Of a stretch of DNA of 64,000 nucleotides, positions 19,237 through 28,410 are shown one piece after another. Under the pieces are notes generated by a model. The model was not told the DNA's origin. It did no database searches and was given only the letters and a program-made list of their open reading frames with translations. The position numbers were made by a program, and so were the translations under genes. Where the stretch lies: the IMG/VR virus record IMGVR_UViG_3300024265_000032; one strand, given 5' to 3'. This DNA comes from a virus (taxonomy: Duplodnaviria > Heunggongvirae > Uroviricota > Caudoviricetes). Position 1 is the stretch's first letter; every line of letters starts with the position of its first letter.

Positions 19237-19533
19237 ATGACTGGAATGCTTGTGGTGTTTTACTGTTTTGCTGTCTGCATCATTTTGTTAGCATGGCGAT
19301 GTAATCGAAAAGTCAAAGAGGCTAAAACTTCACGACATGTTATCTCTCTTCCTATCGGGACTAGGTTCACTATGGACGATTCAGAAAGCATCTGGGTTTT
19401 GATTCATTTAGACGGATGCGGCTTATCTGTTGAGTGGATGGGGAATTATTGCTCTGCTCGAATACAGAAACAGAGGTATATTGTTGGAAATGAAAAGCAT
19501 CTAAGACATACGGTAGTAAAGGTGGTGCAGTGA
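19237..19533 (+). CDS. membrane-anchored protein (98 aa)
   Basis: N-terminal TM (LVVFYCFAVCIILLAW). Confidence 0.5.
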   Translation: MTGMLVVFYCFAVCIILLAWRCNRKVKEAKTSRHVISLPIGTRFTMDDSESIWVLIHLDGCGLSVEWMGNYCSARIQKQRYIVGNEKHLRHTVVKVVQ

Positions 19534-19545
19534 CATGGCAGTCAG

Positions 19546-19689
19546 TAAAGAAGACTCTGAGGAAATTCGCAAGATCACGGTGAAGTTGGCCGAGTTCGCC
19601 TTGACGCTCACCGGCTCAGAACTTGAAGACCTGAGAGATGCCCTGCAACACCTAGCTGTCATAGGAGCGGGGAATCGATATTCGTAATA
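19546..19689 (+). CDS. small protein (~47 aa)
   Basis: GTGCAGTGACATGG overlap; not in >=60-aa track. Confidence 0.3.
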
Positions 19690-19771
19690 GCATTAAGGGT
19701 GTTGATGATCATCTTTGTTGTTTGTGCTTTCGTGATTTTAGCGGGCATACCAAGCGCTAAAGGAGAATATC

Positions 19772-19966
19772 ATGTGTGAAGAGAAGAAACCAACTGATAC
19801 CGAAATGTTTGATTGGTTGCAGCAACAAACAATCGGTTATGGTTGCGGATGGATTTGTCGTAAATCACCACATGGACGTGGAATAAGACTACACGAAACT
19901 TCCAGAGAGAGTGCTGTGGTAGATGTTCGCGAGGCTATTGCTGCGGCAATGAAAGATGGTATCTAA
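19772..19966 (+). CDS. hypothetical protein (64 aa)
   Basis: strong RBS AAAGGAGAATATC-ATG. Confidence 0.5.
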   Translation: MCEEKKPTDTEMFDWLQQQTIGYGCGWICRKSPHGRGIRLHETSRESAVVDVREAIAAAMKDGI

Positions 19967-20136
19967 TGGACTCAGCCAAGAAAGAACCAATGGGAAATGG
20001 ATACGATAAGTTTGTTTGTCCAAAATGCGGGCATACCAATCCTATCGTGTTCGGATCGGATAGTATGCAGATGCTGGCAGACAGTGCGGATAAGCTGAAC
20101 TGTGAATCGTGTGGCGTGATTCTCGAAATGAGGTAG
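19966..20136 (+). CDS. Zn-ribbon protein (~56 aa; CPKCG...CESCG)
   Basis: TAATGG overlap with upstream stop. Confidence 0.4.
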   Translation: MDSAKKEPMGNGYDKFVCPKCGHTNPIVFGSDSMQMLADSADKLNCESCGVILEMR

Positions 20137-20142
20137 AGTGAA

Positions 20143-20517
20143 ATGGAAGAAGCTTACGGGAAAGAATTGATTCTCGATCTTAGTATGTGCGATATTTCGA
20201 CATTCAACCGAGAGTCTATCGGTAATTATTTCGACGCTCTGTGCAAACTCATTGATATGCAAGCAGAGGATCGACATTTTTGGGATGACGAAGGCTTGTC
20301 AGAAGAAGAATGTCAAACCGATCCTAAGACAACGGGTGTGAGTGCTGTGCAGTTCATTCTTACCAGCACGATCGTATTGCATTCTCTGCCGAAGCTTGGT
20401 AAGGTTTTTATCAACATATTCTCCTGCAAGGACTTTGACCAAGAGCAGGCTTGCATGTTCACGGTTGAATGGTTCGGCTCCCAAAAGTTCAGGCGACATG
20501 TTGTGGAGAGGCGATAG
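20143..20517 (+). CDS. S-adenosylmethionine decarboxylase (SpeH, class 1b)-fold protein with non-canonical processing site
   Basis: GKELILDLSMC (cf. GKH/LILDLYGC) and GVSAVQFILTSTIVLHSLPKLGKVFINIFSCKD (cf. GVSGVVLLAESHISIHTWPE...VDVFTCG); the Glu-Ser self-cleavage pair is replaced by Thr-Ser-Thr. Confidence 0.55.
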   Translation: MEEAYGKELILDLSMCDISTFNRESIGNYFDALCKLIDMQAEDRHFWDDEGLSEEECQTDPKTTGVSAVQFILTSTIVLHSLPKLGKVFINIFSCKDFDQEQACMFTVEWFGSQKFRRHVVERR

Positions 20518-20520
20518 ACA

Positions 20521-21789
20521 ATGCGTATTATTGAACGATCGGTAATTCTCGACAGCCTCTGTGAAATTGAACATCTTGGTCGCGAGATGTTGATATACCA
20601 TAGAGAAATTCTTGTACGTTTTGTTGTAGAAGAGATCAAGGATCATAGGTTCTATTGTAGTGTAAGTGCTATTGCTGATATTGCTGATATTCCGCTCAAT
20701 TCTAGATTTTTATCAGATGCTCCCAATTTCAAATCAAATCCGAATATAACAAATGATGATAAATTTCGTGTAGCCTTAGTTATTCCGACAGGCTTGGGTG
20801 CTTCTGTTGGTGGCAATGCCGGTGACGGTGGTGCTACCGCAAGGCTTATGGCTTCCGTTTGTGACAAATTGATTACGCATCCCAATGTGGTTAACGCTTC
20901 TGACTTTAACGAGATGACCGATAACACTCTGTACGTCGAAGGGTATACATTAACACAATACCTACTAGGGCATATTGGTTTACAAGAAGTGCGACAGAAT
21001 CGTGTTATTGTCGTTGTTGATGGCTCTGCCGAGCCCGCATATATTCATGCTGCTATCAATGCCGTCAATGCTGCCCGCGTTACTTATGGATTCGATTGTC
21101 TAAAGGTAGTCGTACTAGATGACCCCTTCGTCATGGAAACCGGTTGGTCTAGCCATGGTCGTGCAGCGGGTAGTGTCGCCAACCTGGGCCAATTGTTTGA
21201 GGTACTAGAAAGAGAACGAGATTCGTATGATGCTATCGCATTAACGTCACTCATTGGTATTCCAGATAAAGATCGTGATCATTACTACAAGCATGGTGGA
21301 GTGAATCCGTGGGGCGGTGTTGAAGCCATGCTTACACATGCCGTGTCTCATGTCTTTGGAGTGCCATGCGCTCATGCTCCCATGATGGAGTCACAAAAGA
21401 TAGACAATATGGATTTTGGAATAGTTGATCCGCGATGTTCGGCTGAAACTGTTTCAGTTACGTATCTACCATGTGTTCTGAAAGGACTTAATCGTGCTCC
21501 ACGTATTGTTGACTCTAGTCCCGACATATCATGCTTGGTCATTCCACAAAGATGTTTAGGTATTCCAATGTTGGCTGCATACGACAGAGATATACCCATT
21601 GTTGTTGTCGATGATGAACTTGAGGTTGACGATGTAAATTGTCTTGATCACATTGAGGCGATATCTGTTGATAACTATGTCGAAGCCGTTGGCGTTGTTG
21701 CAGCGATGAGGGCTGGCATTAGTGTTGAATCGCTTGGTCGTCCGATCGGAAGCGTAGAGGTTTGTAGGGAGGGATCATCAAATGATTGA
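20521..21789 (+). CDS. conserved hypothetical protein (422 aa) with Gly-rich PTGLGASVGGNAGDGGATARL motif; translationally coupled to the AdoMetDC-like gene
   Basis: long ORF; ATAGACAATG junction with upstream gene; family not recognised with confidence. Confidence 0.6.
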   Translation: MRIIERSVILDSLCEIEHLGREMLIYHREILVRFVVEEIKDHRFYCSVSAIADIADIPLNSRFLSDAPNFKSNPNITNDDKFRVALVIPTGLGASVGGNAGDGGATARLMASVCDKLITHPNVVNASDFNEMTDNTLYVEGYTLTQYLLGHIGLQEVRQNRVIVVVDGSAEPAYIHAAINAVNAARVTYGFDCLKVVVLDDPFVMETGWSSHGRAAGSVANLGQLFEVLERERDSYDAIALTSLIGIPDKDRDHYYKHGGVNPWGGVEAMLTHAVSHVFGVPCAHAPMMESQKIDNMDFGIVDPRCSAETVSVTYLPCVLKGLNRAPRIVDSSPDISCLVIPQRCLGIPMLAAYDRDIPIVVVDDELEVDDVNCLDHIEAISVDNYVEAVGVVAAMRAGISVESLGRPIGSVEVCREGSSND

Positions 21790-22132
21790 TTTGTGTTTTC
21801 CATACTGTAGAGACTGTTGTAGGAATTTCCCCATGAGAGAGGAAGATTATCATAAACTCGAAAGAAATGGCAATACATTTTATTGCCCGCATGGGCATGG
21901 TCTTTGTATAACTCAGGAATCTGTGGCAAGTAGACTACAGAATGCTGAAAGAACTATCGTTCGCAACAACAACACAGTGGCTCAGTTGGTTAGGAGTACG
22001 GAGAGTTTGCGAGGTGTTCAGACTAGACATCGGAATAGGCTATTGCGTGGCCATTGTCCTTACTGCGGTGATTCTTGTTTCAAGGATTTGATCATCCATA
22101 TTAAGCGACACCACAATCCTGCGAGGGCGTAA
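21782..22132 (+). CDS. Cys/His Zn-finger protein (116 aa)
   Basis: CRDCC...CPHGHGLC...CPYCGDSC...HIKRHH. Confidence 0.5.
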   Translation: MIDLCFPYCRDCCRNFPMREEDYHKLERNGNTFYCPHGHGLCITQESVASRLQNAERTIVRNNNTVAQLVRSTESLRGVQTRHRNRLLRGHCPYCGDSCFKDLIIHIKRHHNPARA

Positions 22133-22326
22133 TGAAGTTGTTCGAGATTTGTCCATTTTGTTCTCAGCGACGAGCAGCGTTGCTAGAAGACCTAAAGCCT
22201 ATGGTCTTGTCTGGTGACGATAAGGAAATGCAGTGTGATACTTGTAACCGTAGTTGGAAATTGCGTCAATCAGAAGCATTGTTAGAGTTAGCAAGACAGC
22301 AAAGGGTACAAAAGTATGGAAACTAA
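22132..22326 (+). CDS. Zn-ribbon protein (64 aa)
   Basis: CPFCS...CDTCN. Confidence 0.5.
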   Translation: MKLFEICPFCSQRRAALLEDLKPMVLSGDDKEMQCDTCNRSWKLRQSEALLELARQQRVQKYGN

Positions 22327-22927
22327 GACGATAATACTTTCTCTGGACCTAGAAACCACCGGACTAATTCCCGGAAAGCACGTTCCTATCTCTATTGGTG
22401 CTGTGAAACTGGATGAACATAATGAATATAGGAGTAGTGAGAATTCCTTTTACGTGCAGCTTGAATGGGATTCACTTATTGTCGATCCAAAGGCTATGAA
22501 GATCAATGGTTTGGATATAGCCAATCCTCCAGGGTGTGGTCCGTTTGATTGCAACAGCTTGCCAGCCGACGAAGCTCTTTATAAGTTCAAAGAATGGCTT
22601 GGTACCGACTCGTTTGTGGCGATGGGTAAGAACGTTGGCTCGTTTGATCTTCCGATGTTGAGAGCGGTTTGGGAGCCCAGAATGAAATGCTCATGGCCAT
22701 TTGGTTACAGATCAATTGAGTTGAATACATTGTTTTTCACGCTTTCTGAGTTGTTAAATAGGCAATTTGACGATGTTAAAAATGAAATTACCAGAAGGGC
22801 TTGGTGTAAAGTTGGTTGTTTCGAAAATTTGGGGAACCTTATTACACATCACGCTCTTGGTGATGCATGGTGGAATGTATTCGCATGGCAAAATTGTTTG
22901 GAATGGCTGCGAGAATTGGAGGCATAG
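22316..22927 (+). CDS. DEDDh 3-prime-5-prime exonuclease (DnaQ/RNase T-like)
   Basis: Exo I LSLDLETTGL; Exo III HHALGDA; ~200 aa. Confidence 0.75.
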   Translation: METKTIILSLDLETTGLIPGKHVPISIGAVKLDEHNEYRSSENSFYVQLEWDSLIVDPKAMKINGLDIANPPGCGPFDCNSLPADEALYKFKEWLGTDSFVAMGKNVGSFDLPMLRAVWEPRMKCSWPFGYRSIELNTLFFTLSELLNRQFDDVKNEITRRAWCKVGCFENLGNLITHHALGDAWWNVFAWQNCLEWLRELEA

Positions 22928-22930
22928 ATC

Positions 22931-23191
22931 GTGGGGATAGGTGAGAAATTAGAACCTGTTGACATAACAGTTTTAGTATACGACCGGGGCCTTGAGGAAA
23001 ATGATGTCGAGGTATTTTTGTTGTGGCATGGTGCGGAACATCGAATGGCCGAACTTATCGAGAAATGGGGAGATATCCCGAACTGGAAACACAAGATCGT
23101 TGATGGCGTAGTTACCGCTAGTAGTACCCATATTGGTGCAGTCATCAAGATTTTCAAAAGAAAGTTGGGAGAAGATGGCAGTAAAACCTAA
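22931..23191 (+). CDS. hypothetical protein (86 aa)
   Basis: ORF track. Confidence 0.45.
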   Translation: MGIGEKLEPVDITVLVYDRGLEENDVEVFLLWHGAEHRMAELIEKWGDIPNWKHKIVDGVVTASSTHIGAVIKIFKRKLGEDGSKT

Positions 23192-23405
23192 AGTATACAG
23201 CACAATAAACTACCCTGTCGATGTTGGTCTTATCAACCAGCTTCGTGAGGCAGTTGAGCGTTTGGCCGAAGAGTCGAGGGCTGTGGTGCCTATCTCTAAG
23301 GCTCAGTGTGTGATTGGTTATGGTGTGAACAAATCACAGCGTGGTATTGCTGCTGATTCTGTAATATCCATAGCTAAGGCTATCAAGAGTATTGGTGGAT
23401 GGTAA
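23178..23405 (+). CDS. hypothetical protein (~75 aa; start MAVKPKVY within track ORF 23133..23405)
   Basis: GGAGAAG RBS before internal Met. Confidence 0.4.
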   Translation, partial: AVKPKVYSTINYPVDVGLINQLREAVERLAEESRAVVPISKAQCVIGYGVNKSQRGIAADSVISIAKAIKSIGGW

Positions 23406-23408
23406 GTT

Positions 23409-24032
23409 ATGAACGTTAAACCACACCATCCGTTACAGGAATTGTTAGCTCGATTACTTTTCAGTATAGAAACTGTTCCGGTTAGGGTACAGCGTTCTAT
23501 GGTTAATCGTGCTTGTAGGGAAGCCACAAAGTGGCATGAAGAACAGATAGGGAAATTGGAAAGGAAAAGAACTATGATGGAACCAACAGGTAGTTGTTTT
23601 GTTTTTGTTGTGCAGACTGACTGTTATGCTGGCAACTTCAAAGAGAAGATGTCTGCTTTTATGACGGGACAGTACGGGGATGGTGAGTATGGTGAAGAAC
23701 AGGCAAAGCAATTTAGAAATGATAATCCAGACAACGATTCGTTTGAAAAAAATGTCGTACAAATGAACGACGGTCGAGGTTCTTCTGTTACGCAGATTTT
23801 TTGGGGTGAAACACATACCGATTTCGGTATCTTTTTTGATACCCAGCCACATCCTGATCAGATAAAACTGATGATGGATCGTGCTAAGACGTTTGCAAAG
23901 TTGAATCCATATCCAGAAGAAGCAAGAGAAGGTATTATAATTACTGGTTTTCAACTGAGAGAATTCGTTGTGAAGACTACAGACCAAGAACTGGCTGTTT
24001 GGGATGTTGACACAGAAACGGTAGGTGTTTAG
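23409..24032 (+). CDS. hypothetical protein (207 aa)
   Basis: ORF track; stop overlaps GTG of next gene. Confidence 0.55.
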   Translation: MNVKPHHPLQELLARLLFSIETVPVRVQRSMVNRACREATKWHEEQIGKLERKRTMMEPTGSCFVFVVQTDCYAGNFKEKMSAFMTGQYGDGEYGEEQAKQFRNDNPDNDSFEKNVVQMNDGRGSSVTQIFWGETHTDFGIFFDTQPHPDQIKLMMDRAKTFAKLNPYPEEAREGIIITGFQLREFVVKTTDQELAVWDVDTETVGV

Positions 24033-25240
24033 TGAAAATTGTATCTCTTGAAGCAGAAAATGTTAAACATCTGAGGGCTATTTGTATCAAACCTGATGGC
24101 TCGGCTGTCATTGTCGGGGGAGACAATGAGCAAGGGAAGACTTGTGTTTTGGATTCTATCGAATATGCCCTCCATGGTGCGGGGTCTATACCCGCAAAAC
24201 CTATCCGCAACGGTCAGAAGAAGGCTCGCGTGGTGCTCGATCTTGGTGATCTTATAGTTACTCGAACTTTTACTGACAAGAGTACGAATCTTACTGTCAA
24301 GAATAAAGATGGTGCTACCTTTGCTTCTCCGCAGGCTATGCTTGACAAATTGGTTGGCGAACTCAGTTTTGATCCGCTAGCGTTTTCAAAGATGGACGCG
24401 AAGAGGCAGTCTGAAGTCCTGAAGAAGCTTGTCGGATTGGATTTCGACTCTTTGAATCTAGACTACAGGAAGTGTTTCGATGAGAGAACTGTTATCAATC
24501 GCGAAGGTAAGGCTCTGAAGGCTCGCTTAGACGACATGGTGAAACACGACGACGCGCCTGACAAAGAAGTGTCTATTTCTGAGTTGTCCAAGGAATATGC
24601 CCAGGCGACTGAGAATAATCAGGGGGTTATCTTCAAACAGCACGAATTGGATGTCGAAGTCAAAGAACTTGCCGCCTTGAAAAAGCGTGTTGCAGTATTG
24701 GCCAAGAGCGTCAAGACTAAAGAAGCTGCTATCTCGGAAACAGCGAAGTTTGATACACAGTCTATCAAGACTAGGATGGACAAGGCCGAAGAAATGAATA
24801 GTCGCGTCAGACAGAATGGGATATACAACGAAGTCGATGCGCAGGTCTCTGATCTTAGGAAGAAGTCGATAGCTCTTAGTGATAAGATTGTATTTCTGGT
24901 TGACAAGAAGGCCCAGTTGCTAGCTAAGGCTAAGTTCCCAATCAAGGGTCTGGCCATAGATGAAGAAGGCGTTACTTTTCGGGATATTCCTTTTGTTCAG
25001 TGTTCTGCTGCTCAGAGGATTAGGGTTTCTGTCGCAATAGGATTGGCCATGAATCCTACGTTGAGAGTTTTGTTGATCCGTGAGGGATCACTGTTAGACC
25101 CAAAGAACCTAGCAGCTATCGCCAAGATGGCAGAAACTGCTAAGGCTCAGATTTGGATTGAACGAGTATCGAAGGGTAAAGAGTGTTCAATCATCATCGA
25201 AGATGGGTCCGTAGTTGGTCAAATGGTGGAGGTTGAGTAG
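24032..25240 (+). CDS. SbcC/Rad50/RecN-family ABC ATPase with central coiled coil
   Basis: Walker A GGDNEQGKTCVLDSI; coiled-coil middle; signature-like SAAQRIRVSVAIGLA; Walker B/D-loop LRVLLIREGSLLD. Confidence 0.65.
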   Translation: MKIVSLEAENVKHLRAICIKPDGSAVIVGGDNEQGKTCVLDSIEYALHGAGSIPAKPIRNGQKKARVVLDLGDLIVTRTFTDKSTNLTVKNKDGATFASPQAMLDKLVGELSFDPLAFSKMDAKRQSEVLKKLVGLDFDSLNLDYRKCFDERTVINREGKALKARLDDMVKHDDAPDKEVSISELSKEYAQATENNQGVIFKQHELDVEVKELAALKKRVAVLAKSVKTKEAAISETAKFDTQSIKTRMDKAEEMNSRVRQNGIYNEVDAQVSDLRKKSIALSDKIVFLVDKKAQLLAKAKFPIKGLAIDEEGVTFRDIPFVQCSAAQRIRVSVAIGLAMNPTLRVLLIREGSLLDPKNLAAIAKMAETAKAQIWIERVSKGKECSIIIEDGSVVGQMVEVE

Positions 25241-25575
25241 TGTTGTTTTCCGAAGCAAACAGTGTAATACTAGATGGTATGGAGGATTTAGGATTGTTGC
25301 CTCACGGTGCCCATCTTTATCGCAAACCAAATGGTGCTGGTGGACACACATACTACACCGATGAATGTGGTATTATGAGTTTTGTTTGGGATACGTGCTT
25401 AGTCCATCGGTCTACTTTGGCGGCTGCGATGCTTGTAGAAGAACACACCGTATATCTAAAGCAAGTATCTGATCGAAAACAACAACAAAAAATCACCAGA
25501 GAGTTGGAGATTGATCGTGCAGCGGCTACTGGAGGATCATTCCTTAACCCGGTACCAACAAAGAAGGTGGAATAG
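25240..25575 (+). CDS. hypothetical protein (111 aa)
   Basis: ORF track; TAGTG overlap. Confidence 0.5.
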   Translation: MLFSEANSVILDGMEDLGLLPHGAHLYRKPNGAGGHTYYTDECGIMSFVWDTCLVHRSTLAAAMLVEEHTVYLKQVSDRKQQQKITRELEIDRAAATGGSFLNPVPTKKVE

Positions 25576-25839
25576 ATGCCAGAAACACCTGAGACAGTAT
25601 CTGTTGGCGATGTGATAAGTATCGCAGAAAACGAACAAATAGGCGTATCGTGGTTTGGAGAATATGTCGTAGAAGAAGCAATGGATCGGGGTGGCTGGTT
25701 TGTCACCGCACGTAGGCTTAACGCGGATGGTAGTTTTTCTCTGGGCAATGAAGTCATATACTTTCATCAATGTCCGGGGTACAAGAATTCTGTTATCTCA
25801 CTGAAGGTCGTTAGACGTATGACGAGGATATTTGTATGA
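25576..25839 (+). CDS. hypothetical protein (87 aa)
   Basis: ORF track. Confidence 0.5.
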   Translation: MPETPETVSVGDVISIAENEQIGVSWFGEYVVEEAMDRGGWFVTARRLNADGSFSLGNEVIYFHQCPGYKNSVISLKVVRRMTRIFV

Positions 25840-26081
25840 CAACAGATGACCCGAGAAGAAGAGCTAACAAGATCGTTATGGACCTGTGTTATCGTATCGA
25901 GAGAATGTGTCGTTACTCTGCGTTAGGAGACAAAGAGGTTGATGATCAATCCATGACCGACAGAAAAACCGTAGAGGGACTCTATGTCTTTTACCGCAAG
26001 AATGGTAATGATGAAAATTCTGCCGCCAGACAAGCTAGGGTTAACGCTATTCGTCTTGTGCTGAATGAGGTTTTTTCATGA
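25836..26081 (+). CDS. hypothetical protein (81 aa)
   Basis: ORF track; ATGA overlaps. Confidence 0.5.
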   Translation: MTTDDPRRRANKIVMDLCYRIERMCRYSALGDKEVDDQSMTDRKTVEGLYVFYRKNGNDENSAARQARVNAIRLVLNEVFS

Positions 26082-26887
26082 AACCTACCTGGATAATACA
26101 GACAAATATGGAAGGTGTCGACACTGGTCCGATGGTCGATGTCGTCAGTGCTCAGGGGATGTTGGCAATACCAATAGAACACACGACAGGAATGCTTTAT
26201 GATTTTAGTCCATACGATCATCAAGACTGTATTCTTTTCTACGGCGACATAGATTTTGTGCGACAAGTTCAAAAGACAGCACCGTTCATTCCGGGTGCTT
26301 GGTGTAATTTCTACAACATGAAATGCAGTACATACTACGCATATTTTGGCGAGCAACTATTGAACAAAAACTACATTATGATGCCAGTTGGTGATCTACT
26401 AAGAAGGTGGGATGAGTTTGTGATCCCTGGTTATCCACATGTATTTGTTCGACCCGACAGTGGTGCGAAGCCGTTCTCTGGACACGTTATCAAATACGGA
26501 GAAAAGCACAAAATCCAAGCGATCATAGAGACGGTTGGTCCTGAGACTTTGGTTGTTGTAGCCCCAAGTAAGCCGATAGTATCAGAGTATCGTTTCGTGA
26601 TTTGTGAAAAAAAGGTTATTGCTGGATGTCAATATCTGCCGGTTGAACTACCTATTTACCCAACCCCCTCTTTGCGTCTTGCCTGTGTTATAGCGAATCA
26701 CGATTGGCAACCTGATTTGTGCTACACGGTGGACATAGCTGAACATGACGGTCAAATGTATCTTCTCGAAATCAACAGCTTCAGTTGCGCAGGTTTGTAC
26801 CAGTGTGATATCGGTGTTGTTGTTCAGTATGCCTCGTTGGCAGCTAAGTTTGAATGGAATGATTACGTTGATCCCATCAACAATTAG
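26078..26887 (+). CDS. ATP-grasp-like protein (269 aa)
   Basis: EYRFVICEKKVIAGCQY ... MYLLEINSFSCAG resembles the ATP-grasp C-terminal E-x-N catalytic loop region. Confidence 0.45.
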   Translation: MKPTWIIQTNMEGVDTGPMVDVVSAQGMLAIPIEHTTGMLYDFSPYDHQDCILFYGDIDFVRQVQKTAPFIPGAWCNFYNMKCSTYYAYFGEQLLNKNYIMMPVGDLLRRWDEFVIPGYPHVFVRPDSGAKPFSGHVIKYGEKHKIQAIIETVGPETLVVVAPSKPIVSEYRFVICEKKVIAGCQYLPVELPIYPTPSLRLACVIANHDWQPDLCYTVDIAEHDGQMYLLEINSFSCAGLYQCDIGVVVQYASLAAKFEWNDYVDPINN

Positions 26888-26905
26888 AGAGTTTTTTTTG
26901 GAGAT

Positions 26906-27361
26906 TTGCTTATGTGGTTTATGAAAAAGAAGGAATACGATTTCTACATAGCTGGTCCGATGCGAGGTTATCCGAATCTCAACAAGGATACGTTTGCTGC
27001 GGTAGCCGATGGTCTTAGGGCTATGGGTTTAACAGTGTGGAGTCCATCAGAACATGACAGTTACGTGAAGTTGTCGTTTGCACAATGTATTACACTCGAT
27101 CTGAATCAGGTTATCAATCATTGTAGGAAGATCGCATTTCTCCCAGGATGGAGAAAGTCTTTGGGGGCTAATATAGAAGCGTTTGCTGCATTTGCTTGTA
27201 AGAAAGAAGCACTTGAAGTGATAATCGATAAAAATACTGGTATGGATTTGGTTCCGCTTGATCTTAGCAATTATCTTTTGCCGTATCAGACTGGACATGA
27301 TCGTCGTAAGTTTGATCCGCATAGTTGTTCTGTAGATACACCCAATACAGATTATAACTAA
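26906..27361 (+). CDS. DUF4406 / nucleoside 2-deoxyribosyltransferase-like protein
   Basis: YIAGPMRGYPNLNKDTF ... DLNQVINHCRKIAFLPGWRKSLGANIE, typical of this family. Confidence 0.6.
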   Translation: MLMWFMKKKEYDFYIAGPMRGYPNLNKDTFAAVADGLRAMGLTVWSPSEHDSYVKLSFAQCITLDLNQVINHCRKIAFLPGWRKSLGANIEAFAAFACKKEALEVIIDKNTGMDLVPLDLSNYLLPYQTGHDRRKFDPHSCSVDTPNTDYN

Positions 27362-27633
27362 TCGGGTGGCGGTGGTACCTGATCGTCTAACATGCTTTTG
27401 AATCTATCTCGTTCGCGTCTGGTTGCTTCTACGTCAAATAGTAGATATATGACACATAGTCGCAATTCCTGTAACGAGTTGGCTATTTGTGCAATTTGTT
27501 TTTTTGTTTCTTCGCTCATGGTAGATTCCTTTGCTCCAGTCTTGATAATTATTTTGTTTGATTTCCTTGTTTTGGTCCCAGAAGCAATATCGATGATTTC
27601 ACGTAATCTATGATTGAATTCATCTTCTTTCAT
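27358..27633 (-). CDS. hypothetical protein (91 aa)
   Basis: first gene of inverted block. Confidence 0.5.
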   Translation of the reverse strand: MKEDEFNHRLREIIDIASGTKTRKSNKIIIKTGAKESTMSEETKKQIAQIANSLQELRLCVIYLLFDVEATRRERDRFKSMLDDQVPPPPD

Positions 27634-27649
27634 AGTACGTCAGTCCTTC

Positions 27650-28249
27650 CTACGTATCACGAGAATCCCACACCACCTTAAAGGTAGGAGTGTTTACTAT
27701 GTCGTCAGCAACTACTGTTATTCGGCCAAATCGTTTCTTGCCTTCGATATATCCTGGATAGCAATGAGCAACAAGTTCGGTGCAGCTAAATCTCGATGTC
27801 TCATTAAAGTCAAAAGCGAAATCGTATTCGCTGCCGATGGCTGCTTTGGCCCGTTTGGTTGCTTCTTCTTGTAGGCCCTCTGGAGTTCTCAGAACGATCA
27901 GATGGTCCGTCCGCATGAAATCAATGAGATCGTCGACCACAACCCCATCGCTGATGGAGTGAACCACCTTGTGTTGTTTGCCCTCAATTTCTCCGACATA
28001 CATTCCTGCGTGATTCCACCAGCCGGGGATGAGCCACTTGTCGACATACCCCTCGAATCTGCGGATTAGGATGTCTCCAGGCTGGATAATATGGTCTAGG
28101 TCTCTGTAATGTTTCCCTTTGAGCCGGAAAGTGTTGGCATTGATTGTGAACCAAAATGGATGCAGGATTCCGTTCCATTTGATGTCTCCGATAAAACGAA
28201 AGATAGCCTTTTCTAGTTTGAAGAGCAAACTTTCTTTCACATTGACCAA
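27650..28249 (-). CDS. permuted papain-like (YiiX/DUF830-type) hydrolase candidate
   Basis: His (WNHAGMYVG) precedes Cys (SRFSCTELVAH), the permuted order of YaeF/YiiX/LRAT-type thiol hydrolases. Confidence 0.45.
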   Translation of the reverse strand: MVNVKESLLFKLEKAIFRFIGDIKWNGILHPFWFTINANTFRLKGKHYRDLDHIIQPGDILIRRFEGYVDKWLIPGWWNHAGMYVGEIEGKQHKVVHSISDGVVVDDLIDFMRTDHLIVLRTPEGLQEEATKRAKAAIGSEYDFAFDFNETSRFSCTELVAHCYPGYIEGKKRFGRITVVADDIVNTPTFKVVWDSRDT

Positions 28250-28410
28250 CCCCTTTAGAGTTCTTTTCTGATGAAACTAACGACACCATACAAAAATGTG
28301 AGAACCATCGCAACTATCATACCCTGCGCCACTAATGATCCAGTATAAACCACACAAGCTAACATAACAATCCCCCCTTTTTGGAAAGAAACAACATACT
28401 TACCATAATC

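Noticed and set aside
23454-23987. 177-aa minus-strand ORF
   Set aside because: It is antisense to 23409..24032 in an otherwise uniformly plus-strand operon. Its protein is low-complexity Phe/Leu-rich.
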